A program made the translations under genes and the position numbers. A stretch of 64,000 nucleotides of DNA, from the NCBI GenBank assembly GCA_013239625.1, contig MU056050.1, positions 5,899,366 to 5,963,365 on the forward strand, given 5' to 3'. A model generated the notes under the pieces. That model was given only the letters and a program-made list of their open reading frames with translations. It had not been told where the DNA came from and did no database searches. Position 1 is the first letter of the stretch; each line of letters starts with the position of its first letter. This document shows positions 37,290 to 49,204 of the stretch, piece by piece. This stretch comes from Lama guanicoe. Lineage: Eukaryota.

Positions 37290-37850
37290 ATGAGAACCAG
37301 AGTATCATAGATTTTAAGTTTAGCTGGAATTTTATCTTTAAAAAATACTGTCTACTCATATTTTTGGAAAAGAAAGTCTTAATGTAATTATACATGCATT
37401 CTTTGAACAATAAACAAATAAATGTTGCTTGTGGATTTCTTTGGTGTGACTTTTCTAAGAAAAATGGCATGATATTACAGTGAGGCATCTTTCTTATTAT
37501 TTTACAACAGGATCATAAAGAATAAGCTTCACAAAATATTCAATGGCTTCATCAATTTTCCCAAAGACCTCTCTTGATGCCTGAGATTCCAATTATTCTC
37601 TTTCATCCTATCTCGTCACTACTGTGTGAATTTGTTCTTTTTCTCAAGAATCAACTTTGCCAAGTCGTCACCTGTCAATGGCTTCATAGACGTCAAGCCA
37701 CTCTCCATCACTTTCATCAGCTTCATTACGTTTTGTTTCTTTTACAAAATTTGAAATTTCACATTACAATTGATTTGTACTCTCCTTCCTTTGTAGAAAC
37801 TGCCAGAGACATTTATATGATGGGCAAGGATAAACTCCAGTACTAAGCAG
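37290..37850 (-). mobile_element. Tigger/pogo-like transposase C-terminal remnant
   Basis: Minus-strand pieces MKPLTGDDLAKL (~37652-37687) and EVFGKIDEAIEYFVKLILYDPVVK (~37500-37571) resemble Tigger transposase C-termini; frames are broken. Confidence 0.5.
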
Positions 37851-37881
37851 GGAGGAGTGTTGAGTGAGAAATAATTTCACT

Positions 37882-38622
37882 AAAGAATAAAACTGTCACT
37901 GTTCGTAGATGACATGATGCTATACATAGACAATCCTAAAGATACCACCAGAACACCACTAGAGCTCATCAACCAATTCAGTAAAGTTGCAGGATACAAA
38001 ATTAATATACAAAAACCTGTTGCATTTCTATAATACTAACCACAAAGTATCAGAACAAGAAATTAAGGAAATGATCCCATTTACCATCATATCAAAAAAA
38101 AATAATAAAGTACCTAGGAATAAACCTACCTAAGGAAGTAAAAACCTATATCGGGAAACTATAAGACGCTGATAAAGAAACTGAAGATGACACAAACAGA
38201 TAGGAAAGAGGTACCATGTTCCTGGATTGGAAGGATTAACACTGTTAAAATGACCATACTGCTCAAAGCAATCTACAGATTCAATGCAACACCTACCAAC
38301 ATACCAATGGCATTTTTCTTAGAACTAGAATAATTCTAAAAGTTGTGTGGAAACACAAAAGATCCCGAAAAGCCAGAACAATCTTAAGAACAGAGCTGGA
38401 GAAATCACTCCCCCTGACTTCAGACTATACTGCAAAGCTACAGTATCAAAACAGTACGATACCAGCACAAAAACAGACACATAGATCAAGTGAATAGAAT
38501 AGAGAGCCCAGAAATAAACCCACACACTTATGGTCAATTAATCTATGGCAAAGGAGGCAAGAATATACAATGGAGAAAAGACAGCCACTTCAGTAAGTGG
38601 TGCCGGGAAAACTGGACAGCTA
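37882..38622 (+). mobile_element. Internal L1 ORF2 fragment (RT to post-RT), no 3' end
   Basis: 'ttcgtagatgacatgatgctatac' (F-x-DD motif), 'SKVAGYKIN', '[43 protein letters not shown]'. Confidence 0.9.
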
Positions 38623-38624
38623 TC

Positions 38625-39050
38625 GGGCTCCTGCCCACCTTTCTAGGCTCATCTTTCCCAATTCAAGCCTTTGCATCTCATGTTCCAGCAATCTGAATTA
38701 TGTAGCACTCCCATAACAAAACTTGCTCTTCTCCTGGCCTTTGCACATGCTGATCCTGCCACATCAATGACCTCTTCTTCCTCCTTCTGCCTTTATGTGT
38801 ATCTAGTGAATATCCATTCATTCAAAAAAAGCCAGCCAGAACTTCTCTCTTCAAAGAAGTCTTCCCTGATCTCCTAAGTTCATTCATGCTTCCTCTGTGG
38901 TATCTCTGTACCTTGTATGTTTTCTCTTTTTACTGCACTTATTGACTGAATATTCTCCAGGTAAGGATTTTTGTCTTGTCTTTTTTCCCTAATGCCTAAT
39001 ACATAAGCAGCACATAGCAAACACTAAATAGCTGAAGTTAATTGAACATG
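38625..39050 (+). mobile_element. L2 3' region
   Basis: 'ggcctttgcacatgctgatcc', 'aagaagtcttccctgatc', 'gcacatagcaaacactaaata'. Confidence 0.65.
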
Positions 39051-40194
39051 GACTGTATGTGTGAGTAGAAACTAATAGGATACAATACCTACATTCTTAT
39101 GTATAATTTACTTGGGGAATAGAAAATATTATCAAGACTTTATATGTATTAGGTCCATTAACTGCCCTGAAAGGATAGCATATGAATATATATGTATTTA
39201 TATCTAATAAACCTTCATGCTGCTGGTTGAAAAGCTGCATAAAGCTTTGTCTCCCTGGGACACAGCTAAATCTAGGGCAAACAGACCTTTTTTCTCAGAG
39301 CTAAGGTTTCAAATCCGCATGGCACTGAAGGCAAAGCAAGTGGCCTTTACAGACGATGCAATTTCCCAGCAGTGAACAAACCAGCCATTTGGTGCCCATG
39401 CAAGCGTTCCACGCCATCTTCTCAAGTCACATGAAGGAAGTGGGCCTAGTATATCAAATGACAGGAAGACAATAAGAGCAGAAACATCTTTTCCTTCTGC
39501 ATGAAACTTTCAAAAGCACAAATATCAATTCTGAGTTAGCAAAGCCTAGCTACCCACTGCCATTCAGTCCTAGCATTTAGATGAAGAATCACTAGGGTCG
39601 TCCTCCAGGTGCACAGAGTGGTTAATAAAATAATAACTACAGCTTTTTTTTTCAGCTACCTAGGGCCCCTGTAAGGGCATTCATCACTGTTAGGCCCAGT
39701 CAGCACCACATCGTTTCTCTTCAAAGACCCTTTGGGCACCGTCGAGATTTAGCCCTTTGGGGGATCCCTATCTTCACACTAGTGATTTTGAAGTTGTTTG
39801 GATCACTGCCAGGGTCACAATCACCTAGGCTTATCTAGGACATTTCTGACGCCTGCAAGGGGTCCTTCCAGAACCTTTCTTTTGGAACATCAGAAGTCAA
39901 AAGCAAACTACCCATCCTTCAAGGTCAAGCCAAGTTCTATCACCTCCATGGAACTTTTCCTAGTTAACCCCACTCCTGCCTCAACAAGCCATTGTCAGCA
40001 TCCCCATAATGTGTACAGTCCATAGCCCATGACTGAAGGCTTGATGACATGGTGCCATGTATTGTTTTCCAGGTGTTTCATGTAGGTTATTTTTTCTCCC
40101 TAGAGTGGGGGGAAGCTCCCTCAGGGTAGAAGTCAAGACATCCCATTTGAGCCCAGTTCAACAAATGTCATCTAGCACTTACTATACCCCAGAC

Positions 40195-40540
40195 TGTATT
40201 GGCTATGACTCTCTTAGTTGCAAACTACAGAACACCACTTGAGTAGCTTAAGCAGAAATGGTGACTTAATTATAAGGATATAGAAATGAAAGAAATACAG
40301 CTGGGCCTGAGGAATGGACTGCTTTAATCCTCCTCTCATTCTTTGCAAACCAGTTTCCTCTATTTTGGGGACCAACATGGTAGAAAACAGCTTCAGGTAA
40401 CCCCTGAGCATACATTACTGATCCGACCCTACAAAGGCAGGATGCTTCTCCACGTCTCAGTTCAAATTCCCATAGCATGGACTTTGGCCCAAGTTAGGTC
40501 AGATGATCAGCCCTGAGCCTGCCAACTCTGCTGAGAATAT
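40195..40540 (-). mobile_element. MaLR LTR (MLT1-like)
   Basis: 'tgtatt...ttagttgcaaactacagaacaccacttgagtagcttaagcagaaa', antisense of an MLT1 terminus. Confidence 0.6.
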
Positions 40541-41263
40541 AGGTGGCAAGATAGACATATAATAAAATAATTTGAATATAATATGGTTAAGTTTTTGTAA
40601 AAAGAGGTAAATGTATGATGCTATCAAAACAAACAAGAGAGGTAGGGAGGAAGGCCTTTAAAACTGAGGGCACCTGGAATAAAGGAAGACACGGACACAT
40701 CAAACAGAATTACATGTCTGAGGACCCACAAGCAGCATAAAATGGGAGACTAACGTCTTTCAAAAGAGGCTGGAGAGATAAGCAGAGGGGCAAGACCATC
40801 AAAGTCCTAGAATGAGGTGTTAGGAAAATGTGGTATCACCTGATGTATGTTCTAGGTCACTCTGACAGCTGTGTGGAGAATGGACTGGAAGAGAAAGAAC
40901 CCGCCCCAGAAACGCAGCACGAGGCACACATTCGGCTACACTGTATCAAAGTCTGGTGGAATGAATGCAATGCATGGCATCTAATTTCTAGCCCACAATT
41001 CCCCAGCATATAATCAGTTATTTGATCACTGGTGCCCCCATCCCCTACCTCCCAAGTTCCAGGTAGGGTTGTTTATGTAGTCCAGGAGTTTTAGATTCCA
41101 GGCTGTTATGGAGACCTCCCTGGGGCAGGACAAAGCCATAATTAGGAATCAGGGACCTAGGGCTTGAGAAAGAATCTCTAGCCTGGGGCAACAGGAACTC
41201 CAGTTGAGATCAGTTAACCTGGGGCTGAAAAGAATCTTGTCAGGTCACCTGACAGGAGCCTGT

Positions 41264-41382
41264 AAAGAAAAAAAGGAAAAGAAAAGGAAAAGGAAAAGGA
41301 AAAGGAAAGGAAAAGGAAAAGGAAAAGGAAAAGGAAAGGAAAAGGAAAGGAAAGAAAAGACAAGACCAGACCAGACCAGACC
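41264..41382 (+). repeat. Purine-rich (GGAAAA/GAAAA)n tract followed by (CCAGA)n
   Basis: Direct reading. Confidence 0.95.
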
Positions 41383-43364
41383 TGCCTTCCCCCAACTCTT
41401 CACAGGTGTACTCCCAGCCAGGTCCTTCTCTCTCCTTCCCACACCACAACCCACTACAACCACCCCAGCCACCTGCAAGTAGCCCCGACACCTCTTTGGT
41501 GCCGGTAATCTCTGACGGTCAGCAAGTAAGAAAAGGGGGCCCTCCAACTGATTGTTCCAGACGAAGGTTAACATCTGCCCAGACCAGGCCTACAGAGCTG
41601 GTTCTGCGGCCATGACATTCTCCTGTCATCCTCTCAAAATCCTGTCACCTAACACACTCAGTGACAGTTCCCACCAGAGGAATTATTTTAGCAGAGCAGA
41701 CCTAGTCCTCCATCTCTCCATGACTGAAAAGCTTTCAAGATCTGATGCATTCTCTTTTTCTCTCCCTCTCAACAGAACATTTTATCTGAGGAAAAGAGAA
41801 ATCAATTCCAACTACTACTGAAGTTTACTACTCAAGAGACACACTCAAAGGTCACCCAAAGTTAGCGCCTGGTGTTTGCTGTCACAGAGAGTGGCTTTCA
41901 TGTGGAACCACACAGAGATTTTAGGGTTTGCTCTGTCTGGGGTCTATCAAATGGCTATTTCCGGAAATAGAGTCCTGAGGACGCACGTCAGAGACCAATT
42001 CCCTGCCTGGTGGCCCTTTTTATCCTGCCTTCCCTTCCCTCCCAGCCTCGTCTACCCACTGGTGGTTCAGGCATCCAGGACCTTCCTTTCCCACTATCCA
42101 GGCCCACTCCCACCCTCACTCCCTCCTTCCCTTCCCGGCTTCTCTCAGATGCAGCTCTCTCAGCAGAGGAGCTGTTTCCTCTCCAAGGACAACGGAGAGA
42201 AACCCTCAGCTAACTCAGCACCAACATGGAAAGCTGTATCATTAGACGCTGGCAACACTCTCACCCCCAAGAATAGAAATACATATGGCCATAAAAGTAC
42301 AGCCATGGAAATGCTGAATATGTAATACACGTGTGTGCACACGCCAACACATTATCATTCTTTCTATGGCTATTTCACAGCTAATAAATTAAGAATGGAT
42401 TCAGAGAGAGAGAATAAGACTAGGCCAATCTAGGGATTTGGACTCTCACAGTGGACAGTGACTTATTCTCAAGGGAAACCTCTGTGCACACAGAACACAA
42501 TTCTTAGTCTACTCCTCTTCAGGGTAAGTATGGGCATCTCACTTGAAAGTAATTCAAATATTCAGAGCCAGAAGCAGGCAGAGGCTTCGTGGCAAGAGCT
42601 TCACTCTCTTGCCTCCTCCAGAGACCCTTCCTCCTTCCTACTCAGCCTCTCTGTGCTCTTGGGAGGGCCTCTACTCAAAGGATGAAAGTGACTAACGAAG
42701 ACCTTCATACTGAAAGCATCATGACAACTTGTTACTCTTTTCAAGGGTGTCTGCACTTCAAAGGAGAACAAAGAGTATAACCCTAAGGAATGAATCCCTA
42801 TTAGTGGAATTTCAAAAATATGGTACCTGGATGAGGAAGTTTTAACTGGAGAGGAAACAGTATGGAAGGGGCTTTCCACCATTCTTCAAATTACATACTT
42901 TTTTTTTTTGCCTGTATGTAAAAATAACATGGTGTTGACCCCTTCTCAAATTACTTCATTTATCACCACACTGTCTATAAGATAAAGTCCATGCTCCTTA
43001 GTCTAACACTCAAATCTTCTCAAGTTTTCTAGCCTCATCTTCCAGAGTTCCCCTGCAAAACTTCTTCATTCCACTCATTTACTCTTAAACACTTTCACGT
43101 ACAAATTTTGCTCATGAGTCTTCTGCCTGGAATTCCCTGCAATTCTAAAATCTTCCAACTTCAACCCCATTCACTCTTCAAGGTCAGCTCAAATTCTACC
43201 TCCTCTATAAAATCTTCCCTTTGCATCCCAGCCAAAAATAAGCTCTTGCCAAATATTTATTTGCATTCTCGCACTGTAATTAAAATTCAGAAAAATACAA
43301 TACAACACAGTTAGTGGGATGGGATGGGGCTGGTGTCATAGCCATCTTCTATCATTTTCTACGA

Positions 43365-43520
43365 ACAGTGCGAACTGGGTAAGTAGCCAATCTCTGTGGA
43401 CCTTATTTTTCTCATGTTTCAGAGGGGGAAGGTAACTATCTTGCAAAGTATTAATCATTAAATAGTATAATTCATAAAAAGCACTATCCCAGTGCCTGAA
43501 TAAATAATCACTCAATGTAT
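43365..43520 (+). mobile_element. MIR SINE
   Basis: 'ctgggtaagtagccaatctctgtggaccttatttttctcatg...cccagtgcctg...cactcaat'. Confidence 0.6.
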
Positions 43521-43639
43521 GCACACCCTGATGACAAGTCTATGAGGACCCTGGAGTATTTCATCAAGGCCTTTCTCCTTGCTTTATCTACTGCCTCTGT
43601 ACATCTTCCATCTTGCCTTCCTAACTTGAATTGTGTGTG

Positions 43640-43756
43640 TGTGTGTTAGATATTACTAGCTACCCACTAAAATCTGTTCTTCTCGTCTTTCTGGAAACAC
43701 GGAGAAAGACTACGTTATCTAAACTTTCCTGCAGTTAGGTGTGGCTTTGTGACTAC
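43640..43756 (+). mobile_element. MLT1-like LTR 5' fragment
   Basis: 'tgttagatattactagctaccca...ttcctgcagttaggtgtggctttgtgact'. Confidence 0.55.
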
Positions 43757-44284
43757 ACACGCGTGAGGCTTGAGCCCTAGTTTCATCTTTCTCAGTACAT
43801 TTCTAAAAACCTTGCAAAAGCCATTTTACTTCCCTTGATTGTTCTGTATTGTTCAGTATTCTCATTTGGGAGATGGGGGTAATGAATTATAATGACTATG
43901 GCATCAGAAATAATCTTTCCACATTACTCTGCCCCCAAATGCAGGGACTGGGTTCCTTAATTTCTAAGTGATCCCAAATATGTTGAAATATTTCATAACC
44001 ATTAGGGGCTCTATAAACTTAGCCACACAACCAAAGAGGCCCTAGATGACACACATGACTGCAGGTGATTAGGAAAAAGATGCCAGAATGCATCTGTCTC
44101 CACTTTTAAAAGCCCACTATAGAGTATTGTATCAGAATTAATATCCATGAAAGTCAACCCTTAATTATAACTAAAATAAATATTATTATGACTGAATCAT
44201 CTTTCTTCACTGACTCAATAAACTATCCAACTACCATTATTCTAAAAACAACTTTGAAACAAAGAGAAGATTTTAATTATTAGA

Positions 44285-47200
44285 ATAAACAAAAGAGGGG
44301 ACATTACCATTGAATATAAGGAAATAAAAATAATTTCAAGGGAACATTATGACTAACTCCATACCAACAAATTAGATAACCTACATGAATTTGGCGAATT
44401 CCTATAAAGACACAAACCACCAAAACTGACTCAACAGCGAAGAGAAAATCTAAATAGACCTGTAATAAGTAAGAGGTTGAAATAATAATTTTTTAAATTT
44501 CCACAAAGACAAGCCTAGGCCCAGACGGCTTCACTGCGTGACTATCAAACATTTAAAGAAGAATTAACACCAATTCTTCACAGACTCTTTCAAAAATAGT
44601 AGAGAATTTTTCCCAATTCTATGAAGCCACTATCATCCTGATAACAAAGTCATCCAAAAATAACACAAGATAAGAGAAGTACAGACCAATATCCACTATG
44701 TACGTAAACAGAAGTATTCTCAACAAAATACTAGCAAAGCAAATACAGTAATGTATAAAAAGGATTATACATCATGATTAAATGAGATATATCCCAGGAA
44801 TGTAAGTTTTATTTAACATGCAAATCAATGTAACATACCATATTAATAAAAAACAAAACACACATGATCACCTGAATAGATGAAGAAAACCATTCAACAA
44901 ATCCAATACCCCTTCATTATTCAACAGACAGTAATAGGAGGAATTGCCTTGATCTGATAAAAGGGGGTCTAAATGAAATGCAAAGCTAAGACAATAATTA
45001 ATGATGAAAGACAATACCTTTCCCCTAAGATCAGGAAAAATGCAACAATGTCTGCTTTTGCCACTTCTACCCAATGCTTTACTAGAGGTTCAAGCCAAGA
45101 TAAACAGATAAGAAATAAAACGAATCTAAATTGGAAAAGAAGTAAAATTATCTGTTTGCAGATGACATGATCCTGTATGCACAAGACCCTAAAGGCTCTA
45201 CAAAAGAAAATTGTTTGAAAAGTCAAATTCAGTAAACTTGCAAGATACAAAAATCAACATGTGAAAATTAGTTGAGTTCCTATATATTTGCAACATTATC
45301 ATTTAAAAAGGAAATTAAGAAAACAATCCTATCTAAAATAGCATGAAAAAGAATAAAATATTTAAGAATAAACTTGACCAAGCATGTGAAAGACTTATAT
45401 GGTAAAAATTACAAGATACTGATGAAAGAAATTAAAGGAGACACACCTCATGTTCATAAAACAGAAAATTAAATAGTTCTGAAATGTCCATACTACCCAA
45501 AGCAATCTACAGATTAAATATTATCTCCATTAAGATCTCACTGTTTCTTACAGAATTTTTTCTAATCCTAAAATACATGCAATACCACAAAAGATTCAGA
45601 ATAGCCAAAGGGATCATAAGAAAGAAGAACAAAGCTGGAGGCATCACACTTCCAGATTTCAAAATATATTCCAAAGCTACTATAAATTACAACAGTATGG
45701 CACTGGCACAAAAGACAGACGTAGAGACCAATGAACACAATAGAGAACTTAAGGGGGTGGGAAGGGATAAATCGGGAATTTGAAAAGTGCACCTCTTGGG
45801 GAGTGACGGAAATGTTAGCTAATGGTTTCACTGGTGTATACATCTATGGAAAATTCATCAAATTGTACATTTGAAATATGTATAGTTTACTGTACAGGAA
45901 TCATACCACAATAAAAGTGTTTAAAATTTTTTAAATGATAAAATAAAATAAACAAAGATTACTGTATAGCACAGGGAACTATATTCAATAGCTTGTAATA
46001 ACCTATAATAAAAAGAACATGAAAAAGAATATATAAATGTATAACTGAATCTCCATGCGGTACACAGAAACTAGCACAACACTGTAAATCAACAATATTT
46101 TAATTTAAAAAAAGCTCACACATATAGAATCAATTGATCTTTTTGACAAGGGTGCCAAGAACGCACAATGGGAAAAGGAGTCTCAAACAAAGTGTTGGGC
46201 AAACTAGACATCCACGTGGAAATCAACTATATTGGACCCCTATCTTACACCATACACAAAAGTCAACTCAGAATGGATTAAAGACTTAAATTTAAGATCA
46301 GAAACTAAAACTCCTCAGGGAAAAGATATTAGAAAAGCTTCTTGACATCGATCTTACAATCATTTCATGGTTATGAAACCAAAAGCACAGATAATGAAAG
46401 CAAAAATATCCCAGTAGGACATCAAAACTAAACCCCTTCTGCACAGCAAAGGAAACAATGAACAAAATAGAAAGGTAATCTACAAAATGGGAAAAAAATA
46501 TTTGCAAGTTATCTATTTGATAAGAAGTTAATTTCCAAAGTACATAAGGAACACCTAACACTCAATAGCCGCCCCTCAAAAACAGGCAAAGGACTTGAAC
46601 AGGCATATCTCTCAAGAAGACATACAACTGACCAACAGGGAAATGAAAAGATGCTTAGAATCATTAGTTATCAAGGAAATGCAAATCAAAACCGTAATGA
46701 GATATCACTTGGTTACACACCTGTTGGGATGGCTGTTATTTAAAAAGCGAAAGATAAGTGCTGGTAAGATTTGAGAAATTGGAACCCTTGTACCATACTG
46801 TTGAGAATGAAAATTGGTGCAGCAGTTGTGAACAGTATGGAGATTCCTCAAAAATTAAAAACAGAACTACCATATGATCCAGCAATCACACGTCTGGGTA
46901 CACATCCAAAAGAGTTGAAATCCAGATCACGAAGAGATGTCTGCACTAATGAATAGCACATGTTCATTAAAATGCTGTGTATAATAGCCAAGATACAGAA
47001 ATAGCCAAGTGTCCATTAATACATGAATGGATAAAGAAAATGGTCTATTTATGACTGAATAATATTACGTTGAACGAAAAAGGAAAACTTGCCATTGGCA
47101 CTAACATGCATAAACCTTGAGGACAATATGCTAAGTTAAATAAGCCAGTCACAGAAAAGGACAAATACTGCATCATTCCACTTACATAAAGTATCTAAAA

Positions 47201-47607
47201 TAGTCAAACTCATAGAATCAGATAATACAACAGTGGTTGCCAGGGACTGGAGGGTGAAAAAATGTGGAGTTGTTATTCACTGGGTATAAAGTTTCAGTTA
47301 TGATGGATGAGTAAGTTCTAGAGATCTGCTGTACAATATGGTTCCTAAAATTAACACTATGGTATTGTGCACTTAAGTTTGTTAAGAGACTAGATCTTAC
47401 GTTAAGTGCTCTTACTACACAGACACACACAAAGACACACACCAAAAAAGGGACACAAGGAAGCTCTGGGAAGAAATTGGATATGTCTGTCTTTCTGGTG
47501 ATGGTATCGCTGGTATATGCCTATGTCCAAACTCATCAAATTGTACCCATTAAATACATGCCGTTCTTTGTATATTAATTATACCTCAATAAATCTGTGA
47601 AAAAAAG
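44285..47607 (+). mobile_element. Old L1 (L1MA/L1MB-like): ORF2 RT to 3'UTR, with nested insertion
   Basis: 'ggcccagacggcttcact' (GPDGFT), 'tttgcagatgacatgatcctgtat' (FADDMILY, from 45155), 'ELPYDPAI'; 3' end 'tatacctcaataaatctgtgaaaaaaa'; many stops and frameshifts. Confidence 0.92.
45751..46113 (+). mobile_element. Younger L1 3'UTR nested in the old L1, itself interrupted by an older-type L1 tail
   Basis: 'aagggggtgggaagggataaatcgggaatttga' ... 'tactgtatagcacagggaactatattcaa' ... 'tttaaaaaaa'. Host ORF2 resumes at 'ctcacacatata'. Confidence 0.75.
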
Positions 47608-47732
47608 ACTGACAAGGATAGATATATGTATTAGTCAAATAGAATTGACATCTGCTGGGCTTGTGTGACAATACTGTAACTCAAATGACAAAAGGTCAAT
47701 TGGCAGTTCTGTCTACATGTCATGAAGACATC

Positions 47733-48198
47733 AGTTTTTTTCCCAGATTTACTGAGATAAAGTTGATATATAACACATTTAAGTTTAAGATGTACAACAA
47801 TACCCACACATATTGCAAAATGATTAACACAATAAGGTTAGCGAACACCTTCATCATCTCGCATCAATACGTAAGATCTACTCTCTTAGCAACTTTCAAG
47901 TATATAATATGGTATTATTAAGTATAGTCACCATGCTGTAGATTGATCCCCAAAACTTATGTATCTTATAAATTATGGAAGTTTGTGCCCTTTGACCAAC
48001 ATTTCCCCCTTTCTCCCACTCCCCAGCAGCTGGCAACCATCATTCTACTCTGAGTTCAGCCTTTAAGGTTCCACATGTAAGTGAGAACATGCAGTATTTG
48101 TCTTTCTTACTTATTTCACTTTGCATAACGCCCTAAGGGTTCATCCATGTTGTTGCTAATGTCAGGATTTCTTTCTTTTTTATGGCTGAATAACATCC

Positions 48199-48248
<50 letters not shown>

Positions 48249-49204
48249 ACTTTCTTTATCCATTCATCCATAAATGGACACTAAGGTTGCTTCCATGTCT
48301 TGGTTATTGTGAATAACACTTCAATGAACATGGGGATACAGATACTTCAACATAGCAATTTCATTCCCTTCAGGTATATACCCAGAAGTCAGACAGCTAG
48401 ATCATATGTTACTCCTATGTTTAATTTTTTGAGGCACCTCCGCACTGTAATCCATAGCAGCTGTACCAATTCACATTCCCACCAACAGTACACAAAATTC
48501 CCGTTCTCCACATCCTCACCAGCACTTGTTATCGCTTGTCTTTTTGATGATAGCCAATGTAAACTGTATGAAGTGATAACATGCTGTGGTTTTGATTTGC
48601 ATTTCTCTGACTGGTGATGTTGAGTCCCTTTTCATGTACCTGTTGGACATTTGTGTATCTTCTTTGGAAAAAATGTCTCTTCAACCCCTCTGGCCATTTT
48701 TTAAATCAGTTTATTTGTTTTTTATGGTATTGAGTTGTATGAATTCCTTATATATTTTGGATGTTAAATCTTTATCAATTATATGGCTTATAAATATTTT
48801 CTCCCATTCTGTAGATTGCCTTTTCATCTTGTTTTGCTGTGCGGAAGCTATTTAACTTGATGTAGCCCCACCTGTCTGTTTTTGCTTTTGTTGCTAGTTC
48901 TTTTGGAGTCATGCCCAAAACATTTATTGGCAAGACCAATGTCAAGAAGGCTTTTCTCTTTATTTTCTTCTTCGAGCTTTACAATTGCATGGTTTACATT
49001 ACTTTAAGTTGATGTTTGTGAATGGTGTAAGGTAGGGTCCAATTTTATTCTTTTGTATGTGAATATCCAGTTTCCCCAACACCATTTACTGAAAAGATTA
49101 TCCTTTCCTCATTGAGTATTCCTGGCTTCCTTGTCAAATATCAGTTGATCATATATGCATGGGTTTATTTCTGGGCTGTCAATTCCGTTCCATTGGTCTA
49201 TGTG
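47733..49204 (-). mobile_element. L1MA-like 3' ORF2 and 3'UTR
   Basis: Antisense 'ttccacatgtaagtgagaacatgcagtatttgtcttt', 'tcccaccaacagt', 'ccagtttccccaacaccatttactgaaaag'. Confidence 0.92.
48203..48246 (+). repeat. (TG)~22 microsatellite inside L1
   Basis: Direct reading. Confidence 0.97.

Noticed and set aside
41204..41574. Lys/Arg-rich or Phe/Pro-rich ORFs
   Set aside because: Translations of the (GGAAAA)n microsatellite.
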